Of a DNA stretch of 43,264 nt, positions 16,553-26,908 are shown in pieces. The position numbers and the translations under genes were made by a program. The stretch is from a virus. Within the stretch, counting starts at the first letter, position 1. The number at the start of each line of letters is the position of its first letter. The stretch lies in the UHGV virus genome UHGV-0230044. One strand, given 5' to 3'. The notes beneath the pieces are model-generated. The model was given only the letters and a program-made list of their open reading frames with translations. It was not told the DNA's origin and did no database searches.

Positions 16553-17385
16553 TATGCCACCTCCACTAATACATGGTTATTTTCAACTTTAACTGTTACT
16601 GTTTTTCCTTGTTTGCACATCAAATGCCCTGTTGATGCATCCAGATAAAACTCCGGTAAGATCAGATTTGCATATGTCCCAGCCTTTTCAGCTTCTTCTT
16701 TCGCCTTTTCGCTATAATATTTGCTGTTATCAGTATCTTCCCCTGTTCTGGAACCAGTACCACCCACAGCATAGCTTATAGATGATTTATTATATGCCTC
16801 TGCCTCTTGCGCTGCTGTCTGAGCATCAAGCATATACTGCCGTAAAGTCTTCTGCAATGTAGGCTCTAGCTTATCTGCTGTTATTGACCCGTCTACCACA
16901 TTTGCAGATATAGTCGTTCCATCCAGGTTCATTGCAATAGTCGCTGTACTGGAAACGTTATAAACAAAACGCTGGAAGCTGATCTTCTTTATGGTTCCGT
17001 CCTGCTGGACCAGTACGAGATTACCGTCTTCGTCCAGATCAAGCTTCGTTGGCATCATCTCAATAGGAAAATCTACCGTTTCTACAGTGCCATCCTTATG
17101 TGTTACAGTTACAATCCAAGTGGATGTGTCAACTTCCCATCCAGTTATAAATTTGGCCGCATCCGATGCTTCCAGTTTGTCCTGGGATAGGCCAAGGATA
17201 TATTGCGCACATTGCAGGATACCATTATCCATATGGCGCAGATTTGTCTTGCCAACTGGTGTGGATGTGTCCGGGTAGTTCACCCAGCCTATAATGCTAT
17301 AAAACAGCTCACTCAGCTTCATTCTTTGCTTCCTTTCCGGACTGCTGTGGTTTTTCCGGGATTTCTTTAACGATTCCACTGTCAA
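16552..17385 (-). CDS. tail fibre protein (proximal part)
   Basis: 277 aa, with a coiled-coil and Ala-rich C-terminal region. Start codon overlaps the next gene (ATGA-type coupling). Confidence 0.5.
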   Translation of the reverse strand: MTVESLKKSRKNHSSPERKQRMKLSELFYSIIGWVNYPDTSTPVGKTNLRHMDNGILQCAQYILGLSQDKLEASDAAKFITGWEVDTSTWIVTVTHKDGTVETVDFPIEMMPTKLDLDEDGNLVLVQQDGTIKKISFQRFVYNVSSTATIAMNLDGTTISANVVDGSITADKLEPTLQKTLRQYMLDAQTAAQEAEAYNKSSISYAVGGTGSRTGEDTDNSKYYSEKAKEEAEKAGTYANLILPEFYLDASTGHLMCKQGKTVTVKVENNHVLVEVA

Positions 17386-17506
17386 GGATAGCCGCAGCCT
17401 GTGCCATAAGCTTTATATTGTCAAATCCTTTTACAGCCACCATATTAAGTAGTGCTGTTAAAAGCTGGATATCCTCTTTTTTGTACTCTACCTTAGCCAT
17501 GATCAA
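17309..17506 (-). CDS. small hypothetical protein
   Basis: 65-aa ORF between the tail spike and the fibre. Confidence 0.3.
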   Translation of the reverse strand: MIMAKVEYKKEDIQLLTALLNMVAVKGFDNIKLMAQAAAILDSGIVKEIPEKPQQSGKEAKNEAE

Positions 17507-19529
17507 CCTCCACTCTCCGCAGGATAAATTGCAATGCCTTTACTATCACCGGGATGTAATTTATGTACGGGATGGAATAATATTTACCATTTTTAGTATA
17601 CAATGGCATTTCCGTGCCCAGATCTGCACACATTTTTTTTACTTCCTGTGCAATAAATCCCAGGCTTTCCGCATCGTTTACATTCAGTGCATAGGCTACC
17701 GGCCGCAGCCCTTTTATCACTTCTACAGCAAGCTTTTCATGAACATCTCTGATGTCATGTTTTAATCTTATGTCTGACCAGGTTTCCCCAGCCATTGATG
17801 AATAAACGCTTACACAGCTTATTCGATTAGCATCGATATTTTGGCAGTTAATCGCTCCTGAAAAATCCGCTCCTGAATTAAATACCGCATTACCTCCAAC
17901 TTCCAGATGGTTTGTGTAAATCGTACTCGCACCGATTGAACTCGTATTCGCAGTTCCATCAATTTCTGCACCGGTAATCTTCAGTTTTCCATTTGCCAAT
18001 GTAATACTTCCATCATTGGTTTTGAAACTGTTCGCCACCACATCACCTGTAAATGATCCGCTGCTTGCTGTCAGTTTACCGTCTGCCGTCATAGAGGAAT
18101 ATGTGGAACTCCAGCTAAAACGATTCCCTTTTATGCTGATCCCACCGGTTTCCACCGAAAGCTGATTTGATACGTCTCCCTGGCTGACTTTCAGTTCAAT
18201 CTTATCACTGACTACGTTAATAGCTGATCTCAGTTCTGCTTCCTGACCGGTAGCTCTCGTAACTTCCAGGGAAATCTGATTAGCCATCTGGATAAACTTG
18301 GAATTGGTTCCCTCTTCCAGATTGGTAAGTTCATTTGATATTTCTTCTACAGATCGCTTAAGAATAGCAGATAAGCCTTTTATCTGTATCAATTCACTTT
18401 CAATGCTAAAAGGTCTTGATAATTCCTGACTTCCAGTGCTTTCATAGCTGTCCATAGCTCCCTGAATGCCCGTAAAGGTTCTTTTCATCACAAGGGTATT
18501 AACTATCCCGTCTGTAGTCTCCAGACTGATCCTATCCCCTATTTCAATCCACGGGGAACCGTTTGTAGATATGGTTGCGGGCTGGTATTCCAGACCGTTT
18601 ACGACGTTTTTAATGTTATTGGCAATTCCTATCATCTCTGATGTGGTCTTGCCATATACCAGCATGTTTCCTTCAATGATATAAACATTTTGACCGTCTC
18701 CTGTGCTGGTTCCGCCTATGTCCCCTTCTTCCTGACGGATCTGTACGGTATCTATATCTGGAACTGTGTACTCTTCACTCTCGGCATTCTGATAGATTGT
18801 GATCCGCGCGGATATATCCTCTTTTTCCGGAAGTGCGATATACCGCAGTTCCCCGTTCTTATTGATGTTTCCAAATACTCCATTGATCTGGCAGATCTGC
18901 TGCAGTACTTCCCGCCCTTTCAAAGCTGTAGGATTTATGGTCTTTTCTACCTGCATTTCATCATTAACAAGAACTGCATTTTCTTCCCGCACACCTACAA
19001 ATGAACAGAGTGATTTACGAAATGCTTTTAATGTCATTGGAAAACTCAATGCATTATACCAACCGGACACATCTACATCAAAACGCTGCATCCTGTCATA
19101 GGCTATTATCTTTCTGGTATTCTTGTCTTCCTGCTTGGGTGTAGACTCTACTTTAAACAAGCCCAGGACCATGTTATAGCCACCAAATAACTCTGTAGCC
19201 ATAAATTCGCGGCCTGAAATACTCTGGGTCAGTCCCGTTACTGTAATTTCAAACTGGGCTGCCTCACACGATCCAAAGCTTAGATCTTCGTCTGAACACA
19301 GGCTTTCTGTTATAGTAAGGGAATCTGTTACTATCTGATCATCTCCTATGGAAAAATCCACAGCATCCGCAGACATTTCAGACGGATATAAATCCTCTGA
19401 AGGATACAGTGTTTCAGACGGATACAGCGCATGATATTCTTCTTTAAAAAAAGTCAGCTTAAGACTTTTTCCACCATATTCGTTAAACAGGTCTTTATAA
19501 ACCTGATCGATCTCTATCATCTGCTCCAC
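17493..19529 (-). CDS. tail tip/spike protein with C-terminal S74 intramolecular-chaperone domain
   Basis: C-terminus WSDIRLKHDIRDVHEKLAVEVIKGLRPVAYALN...ESLGFIAQEVKK matches the SD-x-RLK-x-D/N-I endosialidase-chaperone autoproteolysis signature. Confidence 0.7.
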   Translation of the reverse strand: MEQMIEIDQVYKDLFNEYGGKSLKLTFFKEEYHALYPSETLYPSEDLYPSEMSADAVDFSIGDDQIVTDSLTITESLCSDEDLSFGSCEAAQFEITVTGLTQSISGREFMATELFGGYNMVLGLFKVESTPKQEDKNTRKIIAYDRMQRFDVDVSGWYNALSFPMTLKAFRKSLCSFVGVREENAVLVNDEMQVEKTINPTALKGREVLQQICQINGVFGNINKNGELRYIALPEKEDISARITIYQNAESEEYTVPDIDTVQIRQEEGDIGGTSTGDGQNVYIIEGNMLVYGKTTSEMIGIANNIKNVVNGLEYQPATISTNGSPWIEIGDRISLETTDGIVNTLVMKRTFTGIQGAMDSYESTGSQELSRPFSIESELIQIKGLSAILKRSVEEISNELTNLEEGTNSKFIQMANQISLEVTRATGQEAELRSAINVVSDKIELKVSQGDVSNQLSVETGGISIKGNRFSWSSTYSSMTADGKLTASSGSFTGDVVANSFKTNDGSITLANGKLKITGAEIDGTANTSSIGASTIYTNHLEVGGNAVFNSGADFSGAINCQNIDANRISCVSVYSSMAGETWSDIRLKHDIRDVHEKLAVEVIKGLRPVAYALNVNDAESLGFIAQEVKKMCADLGTEMPLYTKNGKYYSIPYINYIPVIVKALQFILRRVEVDHG

Positions 19530-19532
19530 TCC

Positions 19533-19946
19533 TTAATACTGGATCATTTCAATGGTTACTTTCTCATAGTACATTTCACCGGTGTCATTGTCTGCTATGT
19601 GGTCAATAGCAAACTCTGTATCTGGGATATAAAAAGAACCGGTGCCATATACACATGTATCTAAATTCCAGTAGGTCACTCTGTACTTCTTTTGAGTAGC
19701 ATCCTGCAGACCATTGGACTTAATAGAATTAAACAGATCCTTTTCCCTCTGGGATAATGGTCTCAATTCCAGATTAAGAGTTGTTTTGAAATTAGGAGAT
19801 GTCACCCTCTGCAAGGACTCATTATTATCTCTCCATGCCTTTTTCTCTATTCGCTGGTCCGGTGTTGACCTGTACCGGGTAAGGAAACTGTTTGGGAGCT
19901 GTGTGTTCCCAAACATTACCAGATAACCTCTATAGTCTTTCTGCAT
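19533..19946 (-). CDS. small distal tail protein-like component
   Basis: 137-aa ORF between the tape measure and the tail tip protein. Confidence 0.45.
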   Translation of the reverse strand: MQKDYRGYLVMFGNTQLPNSFLTRYRSTPDQRIEKKAWRDNNESLQRVTSPNFKTTLNLELRPLSQREKDLFNSIKSNGLQDATQKKYRVTYWNLDTCVYGTGSFYIPDTEFAIDHIADNDTGEMYYEKVTIEMIQY

Positions 19947-19956
19947 GCCTTACCTC

Positions 19957-22809
19957 CTACACTAAGACAGGATTTTTTCCCGTCCTTTTCTTTTCCTGAC
20001 GGACAAATTTAACCGTAGAAGCTCCCATTTCTTTGCCGTCCAGATAAATGTATCCTACTATATCACCACCACCCAGGCCACCAGCTTCCTGAAGCGCCTC
20101 TTTTAATGCCTGTTTCATGGTGGACAGCGGAGACACAACCTCTGTTTCTTTCTTGTTATCTCCCAGAATTGCGGCAAATTCACCAGCACGAGGCGGAACC
20201 ACTGTACCAGAAGCAAGGCGTGGGAGTCTGACTTCCTGAAGCTGGAACCCAAAAGTCTTTCCACCAATCTCCGGGATCCAGTCAGGCACATCAAAACTGA
20301 CTCTATTCAATGCTCTGACAATATAATTCACTGCATTCTCTGCAATGGATACAATGCCATTAAAAACACCTTTAAAGATATCCTTAATCCCTTCCCAGGC
20401 TTTTCCCCAATCTCCGGAGAATGTTCCATTGATAAATGTTATGAGGCCGTTTACTGCCTGTTTGAGGCTTTCTATGACCTCATTCAAGCTGGGAAGCATA
20501 TCTGTGATACCCTTTTTCAATCCTTCAATCAGATATCCGCCCATTTCTGCCATAACAGTTGACGGGCTATGTATACCAAATGCATCTTTAAAGCCATTTA
20601 GGAACGGCTGGAATACATGTTCTTTGATCCAGTTTCCTATGTCCTTAACTGCATCTATGATACCATTAAGGATACCTGCGCCCCAGTCTCCACCAGCCTG
20701 CTTTGCGTACTCTGTAAAGTAGCTCTTCATACTCTCTATAGAGTCATGGAACAGACCATAAAGGAACTCGCCTAATGATGCAAGGGCCGCTCCTAACCCA
20801 TAAAACAGGCTAGCAGCAATTCCTGCATAGTCTATAGTGGCAAGTCCCTCGGCTATCTTTTCACCGGCCTCTTGCCAGTCTGTTTCTATCAATGCCGCAC
20901 TGATACCATCACATATACCTTTTGCAAGCCTGCTTATAGCTTGTGCGCAGCTTTTAAGGTCAATATTTGCAATAGCTCCATTAATGCCTTTTCCCAAGGC
21001 AGTTCCCGCTTTAGACCAGTCAAAGGTTGTTACAAAGCCTAATAACATTTGAAATACAATATTAAACTTTGCCACAAACAGCTTTCCCAGGTTTTCCCAG
21101 TTTACTTCATCAACAAAGCCATTAAATCCCTCTGCAATCTTGCTTCCAAGTTGTACCCAGTCAATACCATCAACCAGAAGATTTAATGTATTCACAAGGG
21201 TATTTAAACCAGCGCCTACCGTCCTTCCCATTAAATCCCAGTCAATATTTTTGACCAGGCTGTTAAAGGTCTGTGTAAAGGCATTTACAAAAGCTGTGAT
21301 CTTTGGTCCTACATGATCCCAGTTAATAGCATCATAGACTTTCTGAAGACCTGCATTGATCCCCTGAGCCAGATATGCGCCTAATCCGGTCCAGTCCTGG
21401 GCCTTGATCAGGCTGCGGATCTTATCAGCCATGCCCTTGATCGAACTTTCAATAGGTGTAGTCTCAAACATCTGGGACGGGGATGCACCACCGCCTCCAC
21501 CGCTTCCGGAAGGAGAATCTGCCTTCTTAACATTTAATTTGTCAAATGCGGCCAGTTCTCCCTCTGCTTCCTTGGCAGCACTTCCAGTCTTTTTCAGGGA
21601 CTTAGCATAATCCTGCTGTACCTTTGTAGCTTTTACTACTGTGCTTTTTCCGGTCAGTGCTGCCATAAACTGAGCAATGGCCGTTACTGCGGTATTAAGC
21701 AGTCCAATCAAGTAATTAAGCGCCGGAGCTACTGCAGATAATATGGGCGCAAATGCTGTTGCAAAACTGTTCTTAAGCTGTGTCATGGAAGACATCAGAC
21801 TGGAAATATCTTTATTGGTTGATCCAGAATATTGCGCCAGGTTCTTAAAACCTTCAACAACAGCACTTCTCATCTTGCCGAACAGTGCATACAATGTCCG
21901 GATACTCAAGCCATACTTAACCAGATTTTTCAGGCTTAATGTAGTCTTATTCGCAGATTTATGGATTCCAAACATACCGGTAGTCATCTTTACAAGCCCG
22001 TTTAAGATCGGCTTACCTACCAGTTTTCCAAGGCTTACAGATGCCTTTGCCGCCAAGGAGGCTATGTTTTTAATTCCTTTTGCTGCTGTTTTCAGTATCC
22101 CGCCAGACAGCATTTTGACACCTAAGCCCAGAGACTGGAATCCCTGTTTAACTCTGTCAAGTGTTCCTCCATAATCTGAAGTTTCTCCTTTTGCCGCTGC
22201 CAGACTTCCGCCATATTCCTGTATCTTCTGTTTAAGAGCCATAAAGGACGTATTCACCCGGTTATTGACATCAGCAAGCTTCTGTTGCTCTGTTTCCAGC
22301 TGGGCCGCTGCCTTCTGAGCGGCTGGTGTATCCGCCCCGGAAGTAAATGCACCTCCGCTTTTTTCAAGATCTTCTTTTTCGGCTTTTGCGTACTCAAGGG
22401 TCTTTTTCAGCTGTTCGATTTCGTATTGCATTCCGGCATAGGTTTTGCTGTTGGTTTTGCCTCCGGTGTTTACAAATTTTTCCTGACGCTCAGTTAAAGC
22501 CGCAAGCTTTTTTTCTGTTTCGTCAATTTGTTTCTGGATCGCTTTATACTCTTCCGTTGGGATCTTCTGGTTGTTAAACTCTTCAACTTTTTGTTTTAAA
22601 GCCTCAACCTTTTTTTCCTGAGCTGCATACTGAGCATTCAGCTTTGAAAAAGAATCCAGCTGCTTCTGAAGTGCGATCTTGGCTTTATCTCCTACATCAC
22701 TGACTGTTTTGGCCATACGTTTGGCAGCCAGCTCTATGTCTTTGGATCCAGCTTTAAAACCATCATCTGCTATGGTTGTATCGATAACTATCGTTCCATC
22801 TGCCTGCAC
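19957..22809 (-). CDS. tail tape measure protein
   Basis: 950 aa. N-terminal coiled coils, central Gly-rich and transmembrane-like segments, and repeated W/F-x-GxG spacing. Lies downstream of the G/T chaperones. Confidence 0.85.
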   Translation of the reverse strand: MQADGTIVIDTTIADDGFKAGSKDIELAAKRMAKTVSDVGDKAKIALQKQLDSFSKLNAQYAAQEKKVEALKQKVEEFNNQKIPTEEYKAIQKQIDETEKKLAALTERQEKFVNTGGKTNSKTYAGMQYEIEQLKKTLEYAKAEKEDLEKSGGAFTSGADTPAAQKAAAQLETEQQKLADVNNRVNTSFMALKQKIQEYGGSLAAAKGETSDYGGTLDRVKQGFQSLGLGVKMLSGGILKTAAKGIKNIASLAAKASVSLGKLVGKPILNGLVKMTTGMFGIHKSANKTTLSLKNLVKYGLSIRTLYALFGKMRSAVVEGFKNLAQYSGSTNKDISSLMSSMTQLKNSFATAFAPILSAVAPALNYLIGLLNTAVTAIAQFMAALTGKSTVVKATKVQQDYAKSLKKTGSAAKEAEGELAAFDKLNVKKADSPSGSGGGGGASPSQMFETTPIESSIKGMADKIRSLIKAQDWTGLGAYLAQGINAGLQKVYDAINWDHVGPKITAFVNAFTQTFNSLVKNIDWDLMGRTVGAGLNTLVNTLNLLVDGIDWVQLGSKIAEGFNGFVDEVNWENLGKLFVAKFNIVFQMLLGFVTTFDWSKAGTALGKGINGAIANIDLKSCAQAISRLAKGICDGISAALIETDWQEAGEKIAEGLATIDYAGIAASLFYGLGAALASLGEFLYGLFHDSIESMKSYFTEYAKQAGGDWGAGILNGIIDAVKDIGNWIKEHVFQPFLNGFKDAFGIHSPSTVMAEMGGYLIEGLKKGITDMLPSLNEVIESLKQAVNGLITFINGTFSGDWGKAWEGIKDIFKGVFNGIVSIAENAVNYIVRALNRVSFDVPDWIPEIGGKTFGFQLQEVRLPRLASGTVVPPRAGEFAAILGDNKKETEVVSPLSTMKQALKEALQEAGGLGGGDIVGYIYLDGKEMGASTVKFVRQEKKRTGKNPVLV

Positions 22810-22821
22810 GCTTACGCCTCC

Positions 22822-23382
22822 TTACAGCCATTTTTCGAGGTTTTCAATCTCTTTTTTCTGTTCTTCACTCTGCACAGTGGGGAGCTTTACCAGATCGCTG
22901 TTTTCCCGTTCAAACTCTCTTTCCCATTTTTCCAGCTTTTTATGCTTAGCTTTTTTTTGACGTATGGACAGTACTTGTGAAAAAAGGCCATCCTCAATCT
23001 CCATAAAATAGCCTAAAAACGTCCACCAGTGCATATATTTTTCTGCGCGCAGCTCTCGCCCAGCCACTTTATTGACTGCTGGCATGATCATAGCCGCATC
23101 ACGCTGCCAGTCAATCACTTTTTTCTGTGGCTTTTTCCTAGTATCTTCCATGCCGCCATCTATAAAATCTGCTGCCTTTTTGCATGCCTCTGCATAGCAG
23201 TGTGCCGGAATCTGATTCGCATCTTTATATAGGATTTGATACATAACATCCTGCTTTTCAATGTCACTTAAATCCGGATCCTCGCAGGCTATGAGAATAT
23301 CCAGCACGGCTCTAAAATCCGACTGGATATCATACTCATTTCCCTCAATATTTATTGTTGTCGGAAGTCCATAACCTATCAT
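22822..23382 (-). CDS. tail assembly chaperone (gpT-like)
   Basis: Start overlaps the upstream stop, and sits in the -1 frame relative to the G gene, within TATAAAAAATGATAGG. Confidence 0.5.
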   Translation of the reverse strand: MIGYGLPTTINIEGNEYDIQSDFRAVLDILIACEDPDLSDIEKQDVMYQILYKDANQIPAHCYAEACKKAADFIDGGMEDTRKKPQKKVIDWQRDAAMIMPAVNKVAGRELRAEKYMHWWTFLGYFMEIEDGLFSQVLSIRQKKAKHKKLEKWEREFERENSDLVKLPTVQSEEQKKEIENLEKWL

Positions 23383-23786
23383 TTTTTATACTTCTCTGTG
23401 TACTTCTTTACCTTTGCGCTGGTTTTACGGATTCGCACATCCAGCTCTTTTTCAATAAACGATGCCAGCACATTCATGACATACTCACATAAAAGAGTAC
23501 CGTCCGGGCGTGGTGTGAAAGGATTTGCACCTGCAAAAAGATCCTCTGAAGCATGAGTATTTAACAGATAATCAAACAGCTCTGACACCTTATCGGATGC
23601 CGCATACAATTTGTCTATGTCATCCCCTTCCGGAAGCTGTATATTTTCAAATTCTGCTGTTACTTTCTCATAGCGTTTTACTATATCCAGATCCGCAGGG
23701 TTCCAGTAAAATCCGCCTGTCACATTTCCTTTGCTGTCAACAATATCGATCCACTCCCGGTTATCCAGTACCAACTGCTTTCCCAT
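23379..23786 (-). CDS. tail assembly chaperone (gpG-like)
   Basis: 135 aa, acidic. Lies between the major tail protein and the tape measure. Confidence 0.5.
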   Translation of the reverse strand: MGKQLVLDNREWIDIVDSKGNVTGGFYWNPADLDIVKRYEKVTAEFENIQLPEGDDIDKLYAASDKVSELFDYLLNTHASEDLFAGANPFTPRPDGTLLCEYVMNVLASFIEKELDVRIRKTSAKVKKYTEKYKK

Positions 23787-23797
23787 TTAAATCTCCT

Positions 23798-24295
23798 TTA
23801 ACCTAAATCTGATGGTGTGAATGTTTTCTTGCTTACATCCCATGTACCTTTAACCCTGTTTCCAGCTTTGTACACAGTAAATGGAGTCTGTATGCCGGAT
23901 GTATCGCCGCCTACACTGTTCGGGATTAAGTAAACATCTTCTCTATAAGCCCATACTGCAGTAGGCGCAGCATCCTCGGTTAATCCTGGCTTTAACAGCA
24001 CATCAACCATAGTGGTCTTGCACTTATCGCCTGTGGCTCTTGTATTGGCCAGATCCATGATCTTGTTGCTGAGCGTATCGTCATATTCTTCGTAGTAAAA
24101 AGGATCTACATCTGACTGTACTTCATAGCCTGAATGCTGCACTGACTGTTCGCCTAAGATGTTTTTTGTAATCTCAACATCAGGGTTCAGCTCTTCATTG
24201 TACTCTTCCAGGTTTTTTCCGATTCTTACATAAGTCGGAGTTGATGTGCTAAAAGCTGCGTCAATGTAATGCGCCAAGTACTTACGTTCAATCAT
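23798..24295 (-). CDS. major tail protein
   Basis: 165 aa. Position immediately upstream of the G/T chaperones. Confidence 0.55.
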   Translation of the reverse strand: MIERKYLAHYIDAAFSTSTPTYVRIGKNLEEYNEELNPDVEITKNILGEQSVQHSGYEVQSDVDPFYYEEYDDTLSNKIMDLANTRATGDKCKTTMVDVLLKPGLTEDAAPTAVWAYREDVYLIPNSVGGDTSGIQTPFTVYKAGNRVKGTWDVSKKTFTPSDLG

Positions 24296-24316
24296 GCTAT
24301 TATTTCCTTTCTATGG

Positions 24317-24814
24317 TTAAAATTCTATGTCATTTGTATACTGAACTGTTACCGGCAGTACCCAATCCTGTACTGCGTTTTCATTTGGCTCCAGTCCGTA
24401 TGAGTTATCGCGAGTGATTCGTTTTATAACCCGGCCTTCTGACAATGCCGGGAAAGTCGTAAGACGCGTTTGAGCACCATTTATTACTACCGGTTCATGG
24501 CACAGCCACTTCCCAAGAGTGTCGAGGAACTCTTGGGCGCTAAGCTTTAGCCTCTCTTTATTTGAGGCCGTCCGGTATACAACATAAAACGGGTACTGGC
24601 ACTTTTGATGCCTGCCGCCGCATACGTCTTCAGTTTCGGCGTACACCAATGCGCCGTTATCAGCCGAAAAGGCTAATCCAGAGTCTTTAGTAAGCTCTTC
24701 AAATTTAATGATTTCACCATCCTTAAGACCTGGATATTGATTTAAAAGCGATTTAACGGCACGTGTCAAAATCTCATACCCGCTGGCATCCATGCCGATT
24801 GGCTTACTATCCAT
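24317..24814 (-). CDS. neck / tail-completion protein
   Basis: Position and size (165 aa). Confidence 0.45.
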   Translation of the reverse strand: MDSKPIGMDASGYEILTRAVKSLLNQYPGLKDGEIIKFEELTKDSGLAFSADNGALVYAETEDVCGGRHQKCQYPFYVVYRTASNKERLKLSAQEFLDTLGKWLCHEPVVINGAQTRLTTFPALSEGRVIKRITRDNSYGLEPNENAVQDWVLPVTVQYTNDIEF

Positions 24815-25298
24815 GTTTTCCTCCTCCGGCTATGCGTTTAACGTCTTTAATCCATGTCTTTCCGTCCGCTTCTTTTGCAGCATCAAACCAGTGATCTTGC
24901 GCTTTAGGATGTGCCTGATGCGTGTAAGATATGTTTTCTCGCGCATTTGTCTTGCCAGTGTATTCACTCACAAGCACCTTCCGCGCTCCACGCCTCGCCC
25001 TAGGTGATCCGGTCTTTTCGTCAACCATGACTTTACCCTCGTACAGGTATCTGCCTTGTGGTCCATAAGCAGCAAATACTTTTCCTGTTCCCTGTTCCGC
25101 AGAACTAGCGGCTCTGGTTGTGTTTATAAAGCTGCCTGTAACCATTGGCATAAAGGGTACCATGCTATTCATTACAGCACCGTCAAGCTGGTATTGTGCC
25201 CGCTTGTATTGCGTTTCAAAACGGTCATATCCTATCTTTACGTGTACATCCCCATCAACAACGGAAAAACCCTTAAAATGTCGTGTCTTTGAGCTCAT
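24807..25298 (-). CDS. neck / head-closure protein
   Basis: Position and size (163 aa). Confidence 0.45.
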   Translation of the reverse strand: MSSKTRHFKGFSVVDGDVHVKIGYDRFETQYKRAQYQLDGAVMNSMVPFMPMVTGSFINTTRAASSAEQGTGKVFAAYGPQGRYLYEGKVMVDEKTGSPRARRGARKVLVSEYTGKTNARENISYTHQAHPKAQDHWFDAAKEADGKTWIKDVKRIAGGGKHG

Positions 25299-25811
25299 TT
25301 ACTTACCTAAAATTTCAAAATGAGGGATAACGGTATACGGACCACCTACACTGGTTATCTTGTAAACATTGTCGCGGTTGCTGTTCATGTACTGGTAAAA
25401 ACCATTGCGGTAGTCACCCTCAGTAACCATGCCGCCAGTCCATTCACCCTGCCAGAAAAAATCCTCTGGCCCGAAGGTGATGCTGTCCGGAAGTTCATCA
25501 TTGACCTGCGCCGCCCATGCTTTCGGAGTCATCCACGGCACCGCTGCACCGTCTGACCGCTGCACCATCACCTTGTCTCCGTCTGGGGCGTAAGCAATAT
25601 GCAGCGCGGCATTGTCGGTACTGTCTGGGCCATACTTTTTCAGTATTGCGCCGTGGTCGGTTATCAGGTCAACTCCGGATAAAACATGAGGATACCAGTA
25701 CGCATCTCCTGTTGTGGCTGATTCGTAATAATTGAAAAGTGTTATAATTTTGCTATAGATATATCTCACCTCGCATTTACGGGAGTTGAAACTGCGTCCA
25801 CATCGCTCCAA
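25299..25811 (-). CDS. neck / minor capsid-like protein (start uncertain)
   Basis: Position. The track ORF start overlaps the HNH gene. Confidence 0.4.
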   Translation of the reverse strand: MERCGRSFNSRKCEVRYIYSKIITLFNYYESATTGDAYWYPHVLSGVDLITDHGAILKKYGPDSTDNAALHIAYAPDGDKVMVQRSDGAAVPWMTPKAWAAQVNDELPDSITFGPEDFFWQGEWTGGMVTEGDYRNGFYQYMNSNRDNVYKITSVGGPYTVIPHFEILGK

Positions 25812-26392
25812 CCACGATATCTTCTCTTGGTTATAGTGTTATAGGAAATCCCGGTTATTTCACTCCATTCTGTTAATGTATGTGTTTCCCCATTTACAGT
25901 AACGTAAACATTGCCTCTTTTATTGTTGGCTTGCTGTTTCAAAGTTGCCCATCTACAATTTTCAGGACAATAATTTCCATCCACGTTTACTCTATCTATA
26001 GTAAGATTTTCAGCATATCCATTTCCTAATGCCCATTCCTTAAAATCAAGGAATGACTTTTCCCATTCTTCGCAAACAGAAATGCCCCTGCCACCATAGT
26101 TTTTATAAGATGGCTCTCCAATATAGGAACAGCGTCTACGCATATCTACCCATATAGTGTATAAGCGTGTGTTTCTATCTCCATGAATTTTCTTAGCTTC
26201 CGACACTCTATCTTTTTGATAACAGCCGCAACTAAGTGTATTTTTGCGAATCAAATTATTTGAAGCTACAATTACTTCGTTTCCACAATCACATTTACAA
26301 AGCCACTGAGATTGCCCCGTTTTATTAACTTTATCAATGGCTATAAGTCTTCCGAATCTTTGATTTGTTAAATTTCTTGTTGGTCTTGGCAT
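25766..26392 (-). CDS. free-standing HNH-type homing endonuclease
   Basis: GGRGISVCEEW...GY..NLTIDRVNVDGNYCPENCRWATLKQQANNKR. The IDR-x-N-x-GNY-x-P-x-NCRW-x-T...Q..N pattern is the HNH endonuclease signature. Confidence 0.6.
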   Translation of the reverse strand: MPRPTRNLTNQRFGRLIAIDKVNKTGQSQWLCKCDCGNEVIVASNNLIRKNTLSCGCYQKDRVSEAKKIHGDRNTRLYTIWVDMRRRCSYIGEPSYKNYGGRGISVCEEWEKSFLDFKEWALGNGYAENLTIDRVNVDGNYCPENCRWATLKQQANNKRGNVYVTVNGETHTLTEWSEITGISYNTITKRRYRGWSDVDAVSTPVNAR

Positions 26393-26453
26393 AATAAATC
26401 CATCTCATTTTAGGAAAAGGACTTACTGCTGTCTCACGACATGTGCCTTTTAA

Positions 26454-26723
26454 TTATTCTTTCTGCGTTGTCTGCTTAATAACCTGATTTACACCAGTAG
26501 CCGACAGCCCATTAAACATACCAACCGCAACTGCTGTGATATAATCCGTTGCCGGAAAATCTGGGATAATTCCCATTCCTACTGCTCCGAGAATCCCACC
26601 AATAACCGCCATGATTACTGGAATCCATTCATCAGAGATTCTTTTTGATGCTTTACAGCCCATTCCCACGATGTAGCAGATCATAACGATTGCTACGCAT
26701 GAGCCCAATGTTGATATATCCAT
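26454..26723 (-). CDS. holin
   Basis: 89 aa with two or three transmembrane helices (VAIVMICYIVGMG, IPVIMAVIGGILGAVGMGII, ITAVAVGMFNGL) and a charged C-terminus. Confidence 0.65.
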   Translation of the reverse strand: MDISTLGSCVAIVMICYIVGMGCKASKRISDEWIPVIMAVIGGILGAVGMGIIPDFPATDYITAVAVGMFNGLSATGVNQVIKQTTQKE

Positions 26724-26908
26724 TATTTTTCACCTCACATCTGGAATGCCAAATTGTTTGTATGTGCCAGTAAACGAAAACACCTTACCACATTTACAGC
26801 AAGTTTCCGTAATCGTACAAGTCTTTTATTTGTCGTTGCATTTTGATTCAGCAGGACTTTTAAATCTGTGTCCGCCAGTTAAAAAGCACATTACTCTATT
26901 CATTTCGT

